This document shows, piece after piece, positions 7,882-17,662 of a DNA stretch of 32,000 bases. The translations under genes were made by a program, and so were the position numbers. This DNA is from Mesorhizobium sp. INR15. Its GTDB lineage: Bacteria; Pseudomonadota; Alphaproteobacteria; Rhizobiales; Rhizobiaceae. A model generated the notes under the pieces. That model was given only the letters and a program-made list of their open reading frames with translations. It was not told where the DNA came from and made no database searches. The stretch is from assembly GCF_015500075.1 (NCBI RefSeq), contig NZ_CP045496.1, forward strand, positions 6,012,747-6,044,746, given 5' to 3'. How positions within the stretch are numbered: position 1 is the first letter of the stretch; every line of letters starts with the position of its first letter.

Positions 7882-7909
7882 GGGCCGGCGGCATCGTTGC
7901 CGCCGACCC
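7882..7909. terminator. Hairpin between the convergent AraC and porin genes (possible bidirectional terminator)
   Basis: GGGCCGGCGGCA-TCGT-TGCCGCCGACCC forms a 12-bp stem with one mismatch. Flanking T/A-rich runs are modest on both strands. Confidence 0.45.
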
Positions 7910-7931
7910 TCGGTTCTGTCAGGCAGGACGG

Positions 7932-9080
7932 TCAGAACGACCGCTGGAAGCGAAGCACGCCGCCCACAGCGCTCTTCTTGGCCGCGCCGGTCCAGTTGTA
8001 GGTGTCCTTCGCGCCGCGGTTGAAATAGTCGATCTCGGCCGTGACCTTCAGACCCGGCACCAGCATGTACCTGATGTTGGCGGCTGCGCCGAAATTCTGT
8101 TCGGCGTCATAGGAAAGCTGCGTGTTGAACGAGGCTTTCTCATTGATCTTGTAGGTGCCGCCGCCCCAGACCGCCCAGTTGCCACCCCATTCCTTGAAGA
8201 AATTGCGGCCGGTCGCAGTGTGCTCATCCGTGCCGTAGCCGGCCATGATGAACAGCGACAGGCTTTGCGTGGCATTGACGTCCAGCCGAACCTTGCCGGT
8301 CCACTCCTCGAAGTTGCTGTCATAGGCGCCGACAGCTGCAATCCCGCCCCAGGCCTGCGTGTACTTCACGCCGCCAACGACATTGGGCACGTAGCTGTCG
8401 ATCGTATTGTCACCGGAACCGTCGTCGGAGCCCTCTTCCAGCGAGATCACCGCCGCCAGGCCGTTGCCGGCGTCGAAATTGTACTGGACGAGGTTGGTGT
8501 CGTAGCCGCCCCAAGGGATCAACGTGTCCTGGATAACATCGCCGGCATAGCCGACGAACGAATCGAAAGCGGAATCGTCCTTGCCGACGCGCAAACCGCC
8601 GAGTTGGATCCAGGCCGCGTTCAAGGTGATGTCCTTGTCGCGGGCCTGCCAGTTGTTCCGGCCTGAATTTGCCGGCTTCTGGTCCGAATAGTCGCCGCCG
8701 CTGTTGCCGAAATAGAAGCGGGTCATGGTGAAAGTTTTCAAGGCGCCGAGTTCGGTCTCCTGAGCGGTATCCGTGTCGATCTCGAAGCGCGCTTCCTTTT
8801 TCCACGTGCCATGCGTGCCGTCGCCCATCTGGTCGGGGACATGGTTCACCGCATCGAATGTCCCGACGTTGCCCGCGGCGATCGTGTAGCGGACGCTGCC
8901 GCCAATACGCAGGCAGGTTTCGGTGCCGGGAATGTAGAAATAGCCCGTGCCATAAACGTCGCAGATTCTGACATATTCAGCCGGCTCCGGTTCGGCGGCG
9001 ACGACAGCGTCGGCGGCGCGCGCGCCGGTTGCCGCGACAAGTGCCGCAGCGGAGCAAAGAAGCAGTTTGTTGATAGGCAT
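7932..9080 (-). CDS. Outer-membrane porin, alphaproteobacterial Porin_2 family (Omp2b/RopA-like)
   Basis: ORF track 382 aa. Signal peptide MPINKLLLCSAAALVAATGARA, then ADAVVAAEPEPAEYVRICDVYGTGYFYIPGTETCLRIGG, which closely resembles the Brucella Omp2b / rhizobial RopA N-terminus. C-terminal ...RFQRSF ends in Phe as in beta-barrel proteins. Confidence 0.85.
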   Translation of the reverse strand: MPINKLLLCSAAALVAATGARAADAVVAAEPEPAEYVRICDVYGTGYFYIPGTETCLRIGGSVRYTIAAGNVGTFDAVNHVPDQMGDGTHGTWKKEARFEIDTDTAQETELGALKTFTMTRFYFGNSGGDYSDQKPANSGRNNWQARDKDITLNAAWIQLGGLRVGKDDSAFDSFVGYAGDVIQDTLIPWGGYDTNLVQYNFDAGNGLAAVISLEEGSDDGSGDNTIDSYVPNVVGGVKYTQAWGGIAAVGAYDSNFEEWTGKVRLDVNATQSLSLFIMAGYGTDEHTATGRNFFKEWGGNWAVWGGGTYKINEKASFNTQLSYDAEQNFGAAANIRYMLVPGLKVTAEIDYFNRGAKDTYNWTGAAKKSAVGGVLRFQRSF

Positions 9081-9177
9081 AGTGACCCCCAGTCAAGAAT
9101 TGGAATGAACATGTTCGCTGTCTGCCAACGACAAAACCTCCCCGCGCCTCCAGCAAGGAAAGCGGTCGATCGGCAGC

Positions 9178-9350
9178 AAAAATCTGAAAATAGCTTTGAA
9201 GAAATCGCGCTTCTTTTTCCAACATCTCAAGACTCTGCTTGAGAACGCCCCCGTGAGCGCTGTTTTATTGACGGTTCATTGGTGGCAGGCAGAAGGGGCG
9301 GCAAATAGTCCGACAACCGACAGAGTATTGCACTTTTCGATACTCTGCGA
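9178..9350. repeat. Copy A of a ~170-nt repeated intergenic element (5' region of the porin gene)
   Basis: Hand alignment to 17202-17369. The ungapped segment 9254-9350 vs 17273-17369 has 72/97 identical positions by my count. Further left are identical blocks AAAAATCTGAAA and CGCGCTTCTTT separated by small indels. It contains the inverted repeat AGAGTAT-N11-ATACTCT (9322-9346). Confidence 0.7.
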
Positions 9351-9412
9351 ACGGCGGGAGCCGGCACTCCCGGTTGGTAAGACGTTGCCTGGATTCCGCT
9401 GCGCTTATGCTT

Positions 9413-9447
9413 GCAAAAAAAATAGCGGCCTTGTCAGACAAGGCCGC
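9413..9447 (-). terminator. Intrinsic terminator of the peptide-ABC / C45 hydrolase operon
   Basis: Minus-strand RNA GCGGCCUUG-UCUGA-CAAGGCCGC (perfect 9-bp stem) followed by UAUUUUUUUUGC, about 75 nt after the stop at 9524..9522. Confidence 0.75.
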
Positions 9448-9521
9448 CAGTCGCTCTTGGGGAACGCAACAGTTGGTTCGGACACGCCGAACGAAATAGG
9501 GGATGCCCGCGAGCCCGGTGA

Positions 9522-11654
9522 TCAGGCCTTTGCCACGTCGAGCCCCTTGGGCCGGGTGACCGCTTCGCTCACTTGCCTTGCCCGCACCTGCGAGCGCGTC
9601 GAAGCACGAACGCTTCGCGCGAGCGCCGCAAGCCGGGCATCGCTGACATCCTGATCGGGCTGATGTCCGCCGGCCTCGGTCAGTTCAACCTCGGCCGATC
9701 TCAGCAGGCGTTGAAGTTCCGCCCTGCCCGACTGGCAGCCATCGAAGCCTCGCAGCGCCTCCGTTGCCGCCTCGACATGGGCTTTGGCCTTGTTCCTGGC
9801 GAGCGCTGATACCTCTTCAGGCGACGCCGCCAGCGTCAGCTCCCAGAACGCGTTCGTCTCGTCATAGTAGTAGTAGCCATGGCCCGGGTCGCGGCAATTG
9901 AGGCTGCGCTCGGCAGGCCCAATGCATGCCTGGTAAGTCCCGGTGTTTTCGGCGTCAGGCCGGATGACGAAGGTGCTGGCGATCGATCGATGCGCCGGCG
10001 AGCAATTCCACTGTTCGCCAGCGTCCCAACGGGCGCTGACATCCTTGAAATCACCGGCCGGGATTTCGCCGCTGGTGCGGTAGAGCGCCGTAAGGTAGTC
10101 GAAGTCGACCCGGCCATAGCCTTCCATCATGATGCGGTAGTGGAAGCGGTTCCGGCCCTCGCTCTCCTTGGTCAGCAGCCGCCGGATCGCGATGCCGCCG
10201 GGCTCTTCGTAGATGACCTTGGGGTCGAAGGTGAACCAGCCGCCGGCCAGCGAATACTGGTAGCCATAGGCCGGCGCCGCGTTGAGATGCGCAGAGCGCG
10301 GACTGAGCGCATTGTTGTTCGCGTAAAGAAAGTCGTGCGGCTTGCCCAAGGCATCGTATGTCGCCTCACGAATGATCGGGTTGGGCTTGTCGGGGCTTCC
10401 GCTGCGCGCCTCGAAACTGAAGGCATGCGTGCTGTCGGCATACATTCCGCCCGCCGTTCCAAGCGTGATGCCGGCATCGCCCACCGGCCAGGACAGCTGC
10501 ATGTCGCGCGCTTCCACGGCCGTGTTGGCAAACTGCAGCGTGTGGAAGGTCGCCGGTCCCCTGCGAACGCCGTAGCCCCATTGGTCACGCGGCTCGCCGG
10601 TGCTGGCGCCGCCGTGGTGGACGTAGGCGACACCCTTGCTGTTCATGCCGGGATGACCGCCCATGAAATCGCGACCGATCACCGGGATCGATCCCTTCAC
10701 CGAAAAGGGCGTGTAGATGAAATTGTTGCCCTGGTCCGGAAACGCGACAATCGTCGCCTGGAAGGTGCAGTCATGGTCCGTCGTGGCGGCGGCCACCAGC
10801 TTTCCATCCGTCGTCGCGCCGCCCCAGGCACAGACGCCGCTGCACATGTCGGTGATCTCGCCTCTTGGCTGGCCGGCTTCGGTTCCGACGCCCAGATAGG
10901 CCGCTATCGTCTTGTCGTTGACCTTGTCGGAATCGGCAAAAGCGAACGGCCGTATCTCCTTCGAGAATGGTCGCGTGCCGGTCCAGATCGCCAGCACGTT
11001 GTCGTAAGCGATCGTTGCTCCAGCCGCCGTCGCTCCGTCGGCCCAGCCCTGCACGAAGTCTAGCACTTCCGGCATATAGCGCCGCAGCTCGGCTTCCCAC
11101 TTGCGCATCTCGACAAGCTCGGCTTCGGTCAGCACCCGCTCGGCCTGCCGCGCGAAAACCCAGTTGCCATAGATCTCGATCACCTGCTGCGCATACTGGC
11201 GTCCCATGTCGCGGTTCGAGCCTTGCAGGACCACCACCGGGCAGATGGCCGGAACCAGCGGGATATCGTCGGAGAAGTTTGTTTCGGTGCCTGGCCGCCT
11301 GGAGACAGCGGGCGGACTGGCGGCGACAACCTCATCGTTGCGGCAGGCATCGGCGATCCTGTTGGCGGCCTCGACAATGCTCTGGAACACCTCGCATGTG
11401 GCAGCCAGATTGTCGGCCGGATCCAATGGCAAGGCGAAGTCGGCATAGGTGCCGTCCATCCTGCCGAGTTGCCATTTCGCCTTGTAGAGATCGACATTGA
11501 CGCTCTCCAGCGCCTGACGCGCCGCGACATAGACAGGGTCGCGCCAGTCGCGCCTCACCAGTTCGCGGTTGGCGAAGTGAACCGCGTACTGCGCCTCTGT
11601 CTGTGCTTTCATGGCGGCGTTCATCTGCACGTCAGATAACGGATGCGTTGTCAT
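9522..11654 (-). CDS. Large (710 aa) C45-family Ntn-hydrolase-like protein (acyl-CoA:6-aminopenicillanic acid acyltransferase / peptidase C45 type) with N- and C-terminal extensions
   Basis: ORF track 9522..12128, trimmed to ATG 11654 (AAGGGAAGAGG upstream) because the longer ORF runs through the upstream ATPase gene. C45-like features: [25 protein letters not shown], then a putative nucleophile Cys271 (codon 10844..10842) in [27 protein letters not shown], followed by ATIVAFP and GMNSKGVAY. The family assignment is by motif only. Confidence 0.6.
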   Translation of the reverse strand: MTTHPLSDVQMNAAMKAQTEAQYAVHFANRELVRRDWRDPVYVAARQALESVNVDLYKAKWQLGRMDGTYADFALPLDPADNLAATCEVFQSIVEAANRIADACRNDEVVAASPPAVSRRPGTETNFSDDIPLVPAICPVVVLQGSNRDMGRQYAQQVIEIYGNWVFARQAERVLTEAELVEMRKWEAELRRYMPEVLDFVQGWADGATAAGATIAYDNVLAIWTGTRPFSKEIRPFAFADSDKVNDKTIAAYLGVGTEAGQPRGEITDMCSGVCAWGGATTDGKLVAAATTDHDCTFQATIVAFPDQGNNFIYTPFSVKGSIPVIGRDFMGGHPGMNSKGVAYVHHGGASTGEPRDQWGYGVRRGPATFHTLQFANTAVEARDMQLSWPVGDAGITLGTAGGMYADSTHAFSFEARSGSPDKPNPIIREATYDALGKPHDFLYANNNALSPRSAHLNAAPAYGYQYSLAGGWFTFDPKVIYEEPGGIAIRRLLTKESEGRNRFHYRIMMEGYGRVDFDYLTALYRTSGEIPAGDFKDVSARWDAGEQWNCSPAHRSIASTFVIRPDAENTGTYQACIGPAERSLNCRDPGHGYYYYDETNAFWELTLAASPEEVSALARNKAKAHVEAATEALRGFDGCQSGRAELQRLLRSAEVELTEAGGHQPDQDVSDARLAALARSVRASTRSQVRARQVSEAVTRPKGLDVAKA

Positions 11655-12663
11655 GCCTCTTCCCTTTTGGAATGCGATCGCTGTGCGTGTGCGTGGTGAA
11701 TGGCCCAGCCTCGGACAGAGCCTCGGCGTGATGGCAAGAAACCGAATGTCCGGGCGAAGCTTGCCAGTCCGGCGGCTCGACCTCCCGGCATATTTTCGTC
11801 GCGAAAGGACAGCGCGTATTGAACCGGCAGCCATCCGGCGGATTGACGGGGCTGGGCAAATCGCCTTCGAGCAAGTTGCGCTTGCGCTCGCCGGGCGCGA
11901 GTATCTTTGGCGATGCGTCAAACAGCGCCCGCGTATAGGGGTGAACCGGGTTCGCCCAGAGGTCGTCTGCGCTGGCCGTCTCGACGATGCGCCCGAGATA
12001 CATGACGGCGACACGGTCGGATATGTGCTCGACGACCGCCAGGTCGTGCGAGATGAACAGATATGAAATCCCCATCGTCTGCTGCAGGTCGACAAGCAGA
12101 TTGATGATCTGGGCGCGCACCGACACATCGAGAGCCGAGACGGCTTCGTCGCAGACGATCAGCTTCGGGTCGAGCGCGAGCGCGCGTGCGATGCCCACGC
12201 GCTGCCGTTGCCCGCCTGACAGCTCATGCGGGTATCTGTCCACGGCGTCCGCCCTCAGCCCCACCTTTTCAAGCAGGGAAACAACATAGTCCCGGCGCTG
12301 GCCGCCGCGCCCCTTGCCCCAGACAATCAGCGGCTCTTCGAGAATCCGGCCGATCTTGGATCGCGGGTTGAGGCTGCCGTAAGGGTCCTGGAACACAATC
12401 TGGATGTCACGTCGCAGCGGCCGCAACTCGCTTTCCGGCAAGGACGCTATGTCCTTGCCGTCCAGGACGATGCGGCCACTGGTCGGCTTGTAGAGCCGCA
12501 AAATGGTCCGCCCAACCGTGGACTTACCGCATCCGGACTCACCGACCAGCCCAAGTGTTTCGCCCGGACGGATCGAGAATGAGACGCCATCGACGGCGCG
12601 CAACGCGCCGATACGATCGGGAAAATGCTTGTGAAGGTCCTCGACCGAAAGCAGCGGGGTCAT
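11632..12663 (-). CDS. Peptide/nickel ABC transporter ATP-binding protein (DppF/OppF-like)
   Basis: ORF track 11632..12765, trimmed to ATG 12663, which forms an ATGA overlap with the upstream stop. Walker [10 protein letters not shown], signature LSGGQRQRV, and the C-terminal oligopeptide-transporter Cys motif [15 protein letters not shown]. Confidence 0.85.
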   Translation of the reverse strand: MTPLLSVEDLHKHFPDRIGALRAVDGVSFSIRPGETLGLVGESGCGKSTVGRTILRLYKPTSGRIVLDGKDIASLPESELRPLRRDIQIVFQDPYGSLNPRSKIGRILEEPLIVWGKGRGGQRRDYVVSLLEKVGLRADAVDRYPHELSGGQRQRVGIARALALDPKLIVCDEAVSALDVSVRAQIINLLVDLQQTMGISYLFISHDLAVVEHISDRVAVMYLGRIVETASADDLWANPVHPYTRALFDASPKILAPGERKRNLLEGDLPSPVNPPDGCRFNTRCPFATKICREVEPPDWQASPGHSVSCHHAEALSEAGPFTTHTHSDRIPKGKRHDNASVI

Positions 12664-13643
12664 AGGGCCTCCAACTTGGCAAAATGGCATGCGGCCAGCC
12701 GCTCTCGCGCCACCGCATGCGCAACCGGCCGGTCGACACCGCAAATCTCGGCCGCGAGATGGCATCGTTGCGCGAACGAACAGCCGGCGGGCAGCGCGTG
12801 CAGGGGCGGCACCGTGCCGGGGATTTCCGTCAGGCGCTGGCGCGGCTGGCCTGGCTGCCGCGCCTTAGGCAACGATCCCATCAACCCCTTCGTGTAGGGG
12901 TGGGTGGGCCGGGCGAGCAGATCGCCGGTCGGCGCCTGCTCGACCATGCGGCCTGCATACATGACCAGGGTACGGTCGGCGGTATCGGCCACGATCGACA
13001 GGTCGTGCGTGATCAGCAGCATCGCCATGCCCATGGTCTCGCGCAGATTGGCCAGCAGTTCGAGAATCTGTGCCTGAACGGTGACGTCGAGCGCCGTCGT
13101 CGGTTCGTCGGCGATCAGCAGTTTCGGCTCACAGGCAAGCGCCATGGCGATCATCACCCGCTGGCGCATGCCGCCTGAGAGCGTGTGCGGAAATTCGTCG
13201 ATGCGGCGATGCGGGTCGGCGATACGAACCTGGTCAAGCAGTTCGATGGCGCGCCGGCGACTGGCGGCGGCGGAAATCTTCTGGTGGTGACGGATGCTTT
13301 CCTGGATCTGTTCGCCAACCCGCATCAGCGGGTTGAGCGAGGTCATCGGCTCCTGGAACACCATCGATACCTGATTGCCGCGCACGTCCTGCATCTCGGC
13401 TTCCGAAAGCGCGGTGAGGTTCCTGTCGCCCAGACGGATCTGGCCGGAAATGCCGACGCCGGTCTGCCTCGGCAGCAGCCGCATGATCGCCAGCGCCGTT
13501 ACCGACTTGCCTGATCCGGATTCGCCGACGACAGCCAGGGTTTCGCCGGCGGCGATTTCGAAGCTCAGGCCGTCCACGGCGCACACGGCGCCGTGACTGG
13601 TCCTGAACTTCACCGCCAGGTCTTCAACTCTCAGGATCGCCAT
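12660..13643 (-). CDS. Peptide/nickel ABC transporter ATP-binding protein (DppD/OppD-like)
   Basis: ORF track 12660..13676, trimmed to ATG 13643 ([13 protein letters not shown]), 1 nt after the upstream stop. Walker A GESGSGKS, signature [10 protein letters not shown]-terminal [15 protein letters not shown]. Confidence 0.85.
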   Translation of the reverse strand: MAILRVEDLAVKFRTSHGAVCAVDGLSFEIAAGETLAVVGESGSGKSVTALAIMRLLPRQTGVGISGQIRLGDRNLTALSEAEMQDVRGNQVSMVFQEPMTSLNPLMRVGEQIQESIRHHQKISAAASRRRAIELLDQVRIADPHRRIDEFPHTLSGGMRQRVMIAMALACEPKLLIADEPTTALDVTVQAQILELLANLRETMGMAMLLITHDLSIVADTADRTLVMYAGRMVEQAPTGDLLARPTHPYTKGLMGSLPKARQPGQPRQRLTEIPGTVPPLHALPAGCSFAQRCHLAAEICGVDRPVAHAVARERLAACHFAKLEAL

Positions 13644-13644
13644 C

Positions 13645-14487
13645 TCAGCGCTCCCGCCGCTTGGGATTAAGAGCATCGTTCAATCCGTCCGACACAAGGT
13701 TTATGCCGAGAACGGCGATCAGGATTGCCAGTCCGGGAATGCCCGACACATACCAGGCGTTTCGGAAGACACTTCGCCCGACGCCGGTCATCATGCCCCA
13801 GCTGACCGAGTTCGGGTCGCCAAGCCCGAGAAACGACAGTGACGATTCTGCCAGGATGGCGCCGGCGGCGATGATCGAGGTCATCACCATGATCGGCGGC
13901 AGCACGTTGGGGAAAATCTGGCTGACGATGATGCGCCAACTCGGCATGCCCATGACGATACAGGCGAGGACGAAATCCTGGCTGCGCAGTTTCAGGAATT
14001 CGGCACGCGTCACACGCGCGACGGTGGTCCAGCTGACGATGGCGATCGAGATGATGACGCTGGTGAGCGACGCTTGCAGGATGGTCACCAGCACCAGCGC
14101 CAGCATGATATCAGGGATCGTCTGGAACATCTCGGTTCCGCGCATCAGCAGCGCGCCCAGCCGCCCGCCGTAGAAGCCGGCCAGCGCGCCTATGGTGCAG
14201 CCGATGAGGGCGGCGCCAAGGGCAGCAACAATGCCGACGAGCAGCGAGACGCGCGCGCCGTAGAAAAGCTGGGCAAGGAGGTCACGCCCAAGCTGGTCGG
14301 TCCCCAGCGGAAACTGCCAGGTGACAAAAGGTGCGATATAGGGAGCGCCGGCAATGCGGCGCGGATCGCCCGGAAAAATCCACGGCGCCAGGAGCGCCAT
14401 CGCTATGGCTCCCAGGACGATTATCAGGCCCAGGACAGCGCCTGGGTTTTGCCGGTAACGGCGCCAGAACTCTCGCAACGACGCCAT
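13645..14487 (-). CDS. Peptide/nickel ABC transporter permease (DppC/OppC-like)
   Basis: ORF track 280 aa with multiple hydrophobic spans. Its ATG directly abuts the upstream TAG stop. Confidence 0.85.
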   Translation of the reverse strand: MASLREFWRRYRQNPGAVLGLIIVLGAIAMALLAPWIFPGDPRRIAGAPYIAPFVTWQFPLGTDQLGRDLLAQLFYGARVSLLVGIVAALGAALIGCTIGALAGFYGGRLGALLMRGTEMFQTIPDIMLALVLVTILQASLTSVIISIAIVSWTTVARVTRAEFLKLRSQDFVLACIVMGMPSWRIIVSQIFPNVLPPIMVMTSIIAAGAILAESSLSFLGLGDPNSVSWGMMTGVGRSVFRNAWYVSGIPGLAILIAVLGINLVSDGLNDALNPKRRER

Positions 14488-15516
14488 CTAGTTCACGTCC
14501 ATACGCCGGTCGATCCATGCGGACACAAGATCGACAATCAAATTCGCGGTGACGACCACCACGGTGCTCATCAGCAGGATGGCGAGCAAGGTGTTGTAGT
14601 CCCGCTGCAGCGCCGCCTGAAAGGTCAGCCGGCCAAGACCGGGCCAGCTGAATACGGTTTCGATGACAATGGCGCCGCTGAGCAGCGACCCAAGCTGAAC
14701 GCCAACCATGGTCAGAACGGGAAGCAGCGCGTGGGGCAGCATGTGCCGCCAGAGCACCGTGCTCTCCGACAGGCCTTTCGCCCGCGCGGTACGCACGAAG
14801 TCGCTGTCGAGCAGTTCCAGCATGGAGGCCCTGACCAGCCGCGTGTAGACGGCGAGGTAAAACAAGCCCAGCGTCACCGCCGGCAGCACCATGTGGCGTG
14901 CGACATCGAGCGCGTATGCCAAGCCGGTCTTGCCGGAGCCAATCGTGTCAAAGCCGCCGACCGGCACAAGGCGCAGCTTGACCGAGAACACCACGATAAG
15001 GCTGAGCCCGATCCAGAAGGCCGGCATGGCATAGAGGATCATCGACATGATCGCGATCGCCCGATCTTTCCAGGTCAGGAAGTAGCGCGCGGCGGTCACA
15101 CCCAGCACCACGCCGCCAATCAGGGACAGGGCGATGCTGACGACAACCAGCAATACGGTCGGCCAGAGCCGCGACAGGATAACCTCGAGGACTGGTGCGG
15201 AGTTTTGAAACGACCAGCCGAAATCCAGGTGCACGATCTTCCAGAGGTAGATGCCGAACTGAACCCAGATCGGCTGGTCGAGACCCATCTCGTGCCGCAG
15301 GTTTTCCTTGAACAGCGCATCAGCGGCCTGTGCCTTGGCCACGAAGGCATCGACAGGGTCGCCAGGGATGAGCCGGACCAGGAAGAAGTTGACAACCAGG
15401 ACGCAGGCGATCGTGGGGATCGCCTGCGCCAACCGGTTGGCTATGACTTGCAAGGCACGCGGAGCCGTTTTCCTATGCTTGCGCACGGCTCCGGAGGTTG
15501 AAGTCACGTCCGTCAT
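14488..15516 (-). CDS. Peptide/nickel ABC transporter permease (DppB/OppB-like)
   Basis: ORF track 342 aa. N-terminal ...VVNFFLVRLIPGDPVDAF is characteristic of DppB/OppB. ATGA overlap with the stop of the binding-protein gene. Confidence 0.85.
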   Translation of the reverse strand: MTDVTSTSGAVRKHRKTAPRALQVIANRLAQAIPTIACVLVVNFFLVRLIPGDPVDAFVAKAQAADALFKENLRHEMGLDQPIWVQFGIYLWKIVHLDFGWSFQNSAPVLEVILSRLWPTVLLVVVSIALSLIGGVVLGVTAARYFLTWKDRAIAIMSMILYAMPAFWIGLSLIVVFSVKLRLVPVGGFDTIGSGKTGLAYALDVARHMVLPAVTLGLFYLAVYTRLVRASMLELLDSDFVRTARAKGLSESTVLWRHMLPHALLPVLTMVGVQLGSLLSGAIVIETVFSWPGLGRLTFQAALQRDYNTLLAILLMSTVVVVTANLIVDLVSAWIDRRMDVN

Positions 15517-17102
15517 TTCTCAAGCCATGCATCGGCCCAGGTCTGCAGCGGCCAAACCGGGCCCAACGAGCCCAGTTGAACCCGCTTGTTGAAGACGTTG
15601 TGGCTCTCGTATTCGACCAGCGGAATCAAGGGCAGGTCGCGGGCGGCAATCTTCTGGAACTGTTTCAACGCCGCGAGGCGCTGATCGGCTTCAATCGCTG
15701 ACTCCGCGTCCTCGATCGCCTTGTCCATTTCCTCGTTGCGGTAGTCGGTGGCGTTGGTCTGCCAGCGTCCCTTGCTGATTGCCTTGGACCAGTAATAGTC
15801 GAAGACGGAGATTTGCGGATCGACGAGCGTGCTGATCACCTGAACCGACAGGTCGAAATCATAGTCGGTGTAGATACGGGCATTGTGCGTGGCATAGTCG
15901 GACACGATGATGGTCCCGTTGATGCCGATGCCGGCAAGCGCCTGCTTGATGTAGTCGCCGATGACGTTGAGGTCGTCGCCGTTCGGATCGATGTTCAGGT
16001 TGAAGCGCCAGCCGTCGGCGCCTTTCGGATAGCCGGCATCGTCGAGCAGCTTGTTTGCCTCCTCGACATTGAAGGCCAGTTGCGGCAGCTCTGCATCGAA
16101 CAGGAAACTGTCGGAGCGGATAGGCCCATGAGCCGGGGCCGCCATGCCCTCATAGACAGCCTTGCAGATGAAGTTGCGATCGATCGACATGCTGATGGCA
16201 CGGCGAACGCGAACGTCGGATAGTTCCTTGCGGCGCAGGTTCACTTCGATCGCGTTGACGCCTTCGGTCGCCTTGTTGCCGGATGCGTCGATGGCAATGA
16301 AGGGAAGCTCGGCAAGACGCTTGAGATCCGCCTTGCTGACCGGGCTGTTGACGCCGGCATCGACCTCGTCGGCCTCGAAAGCCGCCGCGCGTGCGCCGGG
16401 ATCGGTGATGATGCGGAACACGACCTGATCCAGATACGGTTCCGACTTTTCCCGATAGTCGGGATTGCGATCGAGGACGATCGACGAGCCACGGTTCCAT
16501 TCCTTGAAGCGGAACGGGCCGGTGCCGATCGGGGTGTTGTTCTTGGGATTCTTCAGGATGTCGCCGGTGCCGTAGATGTGCTTGGGCGCGATCGGCGCGA
16601 AGGCGGCGAGCGTACCCAGGAACGGGAAAGGCGGCATCGGCTTGCTCAACTTGAACACCACGGTTTTGGCATCCGGCAGGTCGGCGGCGATGACATTGGC
16701 GAACAACGTGCTGCCAAATGCGTTGTGCTTCTTGCCCAGTTCCATGATGGAGAACGCGATATCCTCCGAAGTCAGCGGCTGCCCGTCATGGAAGCGCGTG
16801 TTGTCGCGCAGCTTGAATTCATACTCCTTGCCGTCCGGCGAGTACTTCCAGGATTCCGCCAGCACGCCTTCGAACGTGTTGTCGGCCTTCAGCCGCAGCA
16901 GCGATTCGAAGATCTTCGAACCGATGGTCAGCTCGAGGTCGCCGGTCTCGATCGGCGAGAAAATGCTTCTCGGATCATCATACACGGCAACGCGCAGGAC
17001 ACCACCGGGCGCGGGCTTCTTGGCATCCTGCGCCGCCAGCTTGCCGACCCATGGCAGCATGGACAGGCCGCCAATCGCCAGAACAGTTCGTCTTGTAATC
17101 AC
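15513..17102 (-). CDS. ABC transporter substrate-binding protein, family 5 (peptide/nickel/opine type)
   Basis: ORF track 15513..17735 (740 aa) is over-extended. I start at GTG 17102..17100, preceded by GGGAGGG (17114..17108). This gives MITRRTVLAIGGLSMLPWVGKLAAQDA (Tat/Sec-like signal) and a 529-aa protein of typical family-5 length. Confidence 0.8.
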   Translation of the reverse strand: MITRRTVLAIGGLSMLPWVGKLAAQDAKKPAPGGVLRVAVYDDPRSIFSPIETGDLELTIGSKIFESLLRLKADNTFEGVLAESWKYSPDGKEYEFKLRDNTRFHDGQPLTSEDIAFSIMELGKKHNAFGSTLFANVIAADLPDAKTVVFKLSKPMPPFPFLGTLAAFAPIAPKHIYGTGDILKNPKNNTPIGTGPFRFKEWNRGSSIVLDRNPDYREKSEPYLDQVVFRIITDPGARAAAFEADEVDAGVNSPVSKADLKRLAELPFIAIDASGNKATEGVNAIEVNLRRKELSDVRVRRAISMSIDRNFICKAVYEGMAAPAHGPIRSDSFLFDAELPQLAFNVEEANKLLDDAGYPKGADGWRFNLNIDPNGDDLNVIGDYIKQALAGIGINGTIIVSDYATHNARIYTDYDFDLSVQVISTLVDPQISVFDYYWSKAISKGRWQTNATDYRNEEMDKAIEDAESAIEADQRLAALKQFQKIAARDLPLIPLVEYESHNVFNKRVQLGSLGPVWPLQTWADAWLEK

Positions 17103-17201
17103 TGCTTCCCTCCCATCGGCGCCTTCGCAAGGCGCCCTATTGCAACTGAAAAGCCGGCGGTTGTCTTCGCCGTCGAACGAATGCCGGCAAGATCGCAGGC
17201 G

Positions 17202-17369
17202 AAAAAATCTGAAAGACCCACCCCTTGGTATCCGCGCTTCTTTCCTCGGTACGCCGCTTTCGGCACGCCGCATGAGCGCTGGATTTGTGCTGCTACATTG
17301 GTGACAGGATGCCGTGCGCGCACATAGTCCAACAACCGGCGGAGTATTGCAGTTTTCGATACTCGACGG
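17202..17369. repeat. Copy B of the ~170-nt repeated intergenic element (5' region of the peptide binding-protein gene)
   Basis: See copy A (9178-9350). It contains GAGTAT-N11-ATACTC (17342-17364). It lies inside a 560-nt stretch (17103-17662) with no credible ORF. Confidence 0.7.
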
Positions 17370-17662
17370 ACGGTCACCGAGAAAGACCCCGCCGGCGCCG
17401 CCGACAGCGAGCTGGGCACGCCTCTGACATGCCACGAATGGCCGACCGAGCGCCCGTCCGGCGCGCCATGGCTGGCGACGCAGAACAACGCTGAAGGAAC
17501 GATACGACGAGGTGCGTGGGTGCGGTGCTCTTGCGGGAAGCCTGTCAACAGCCGCAAGGCCATGGCTCGCGGACAGCGGCGGCGAACCGAAGACCGCATC
17601 CGGTTTGCCGGTGGTTTCATATCCGGACCCAGGGCGAATACGCGCCGGGGATATGCGCCAGT

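Noticed and set aside
14074-15501. 475-aa plus-strand ORF, the longest plus-strand ORF in the window
   Set aside because: It lies antisense to two well-supported permease genes. Its composition is dominated by Arg/Gln/His/Asp/Gly runs typical of shadow ORFs in GC-rich DNA, and it has no recognisable motifs. The same reasoning applies to 1346-2212, 2220-3053, 9879-11063, 17516-18376, 24393-25493, 27354-28241 and the other long antisense ORFs.
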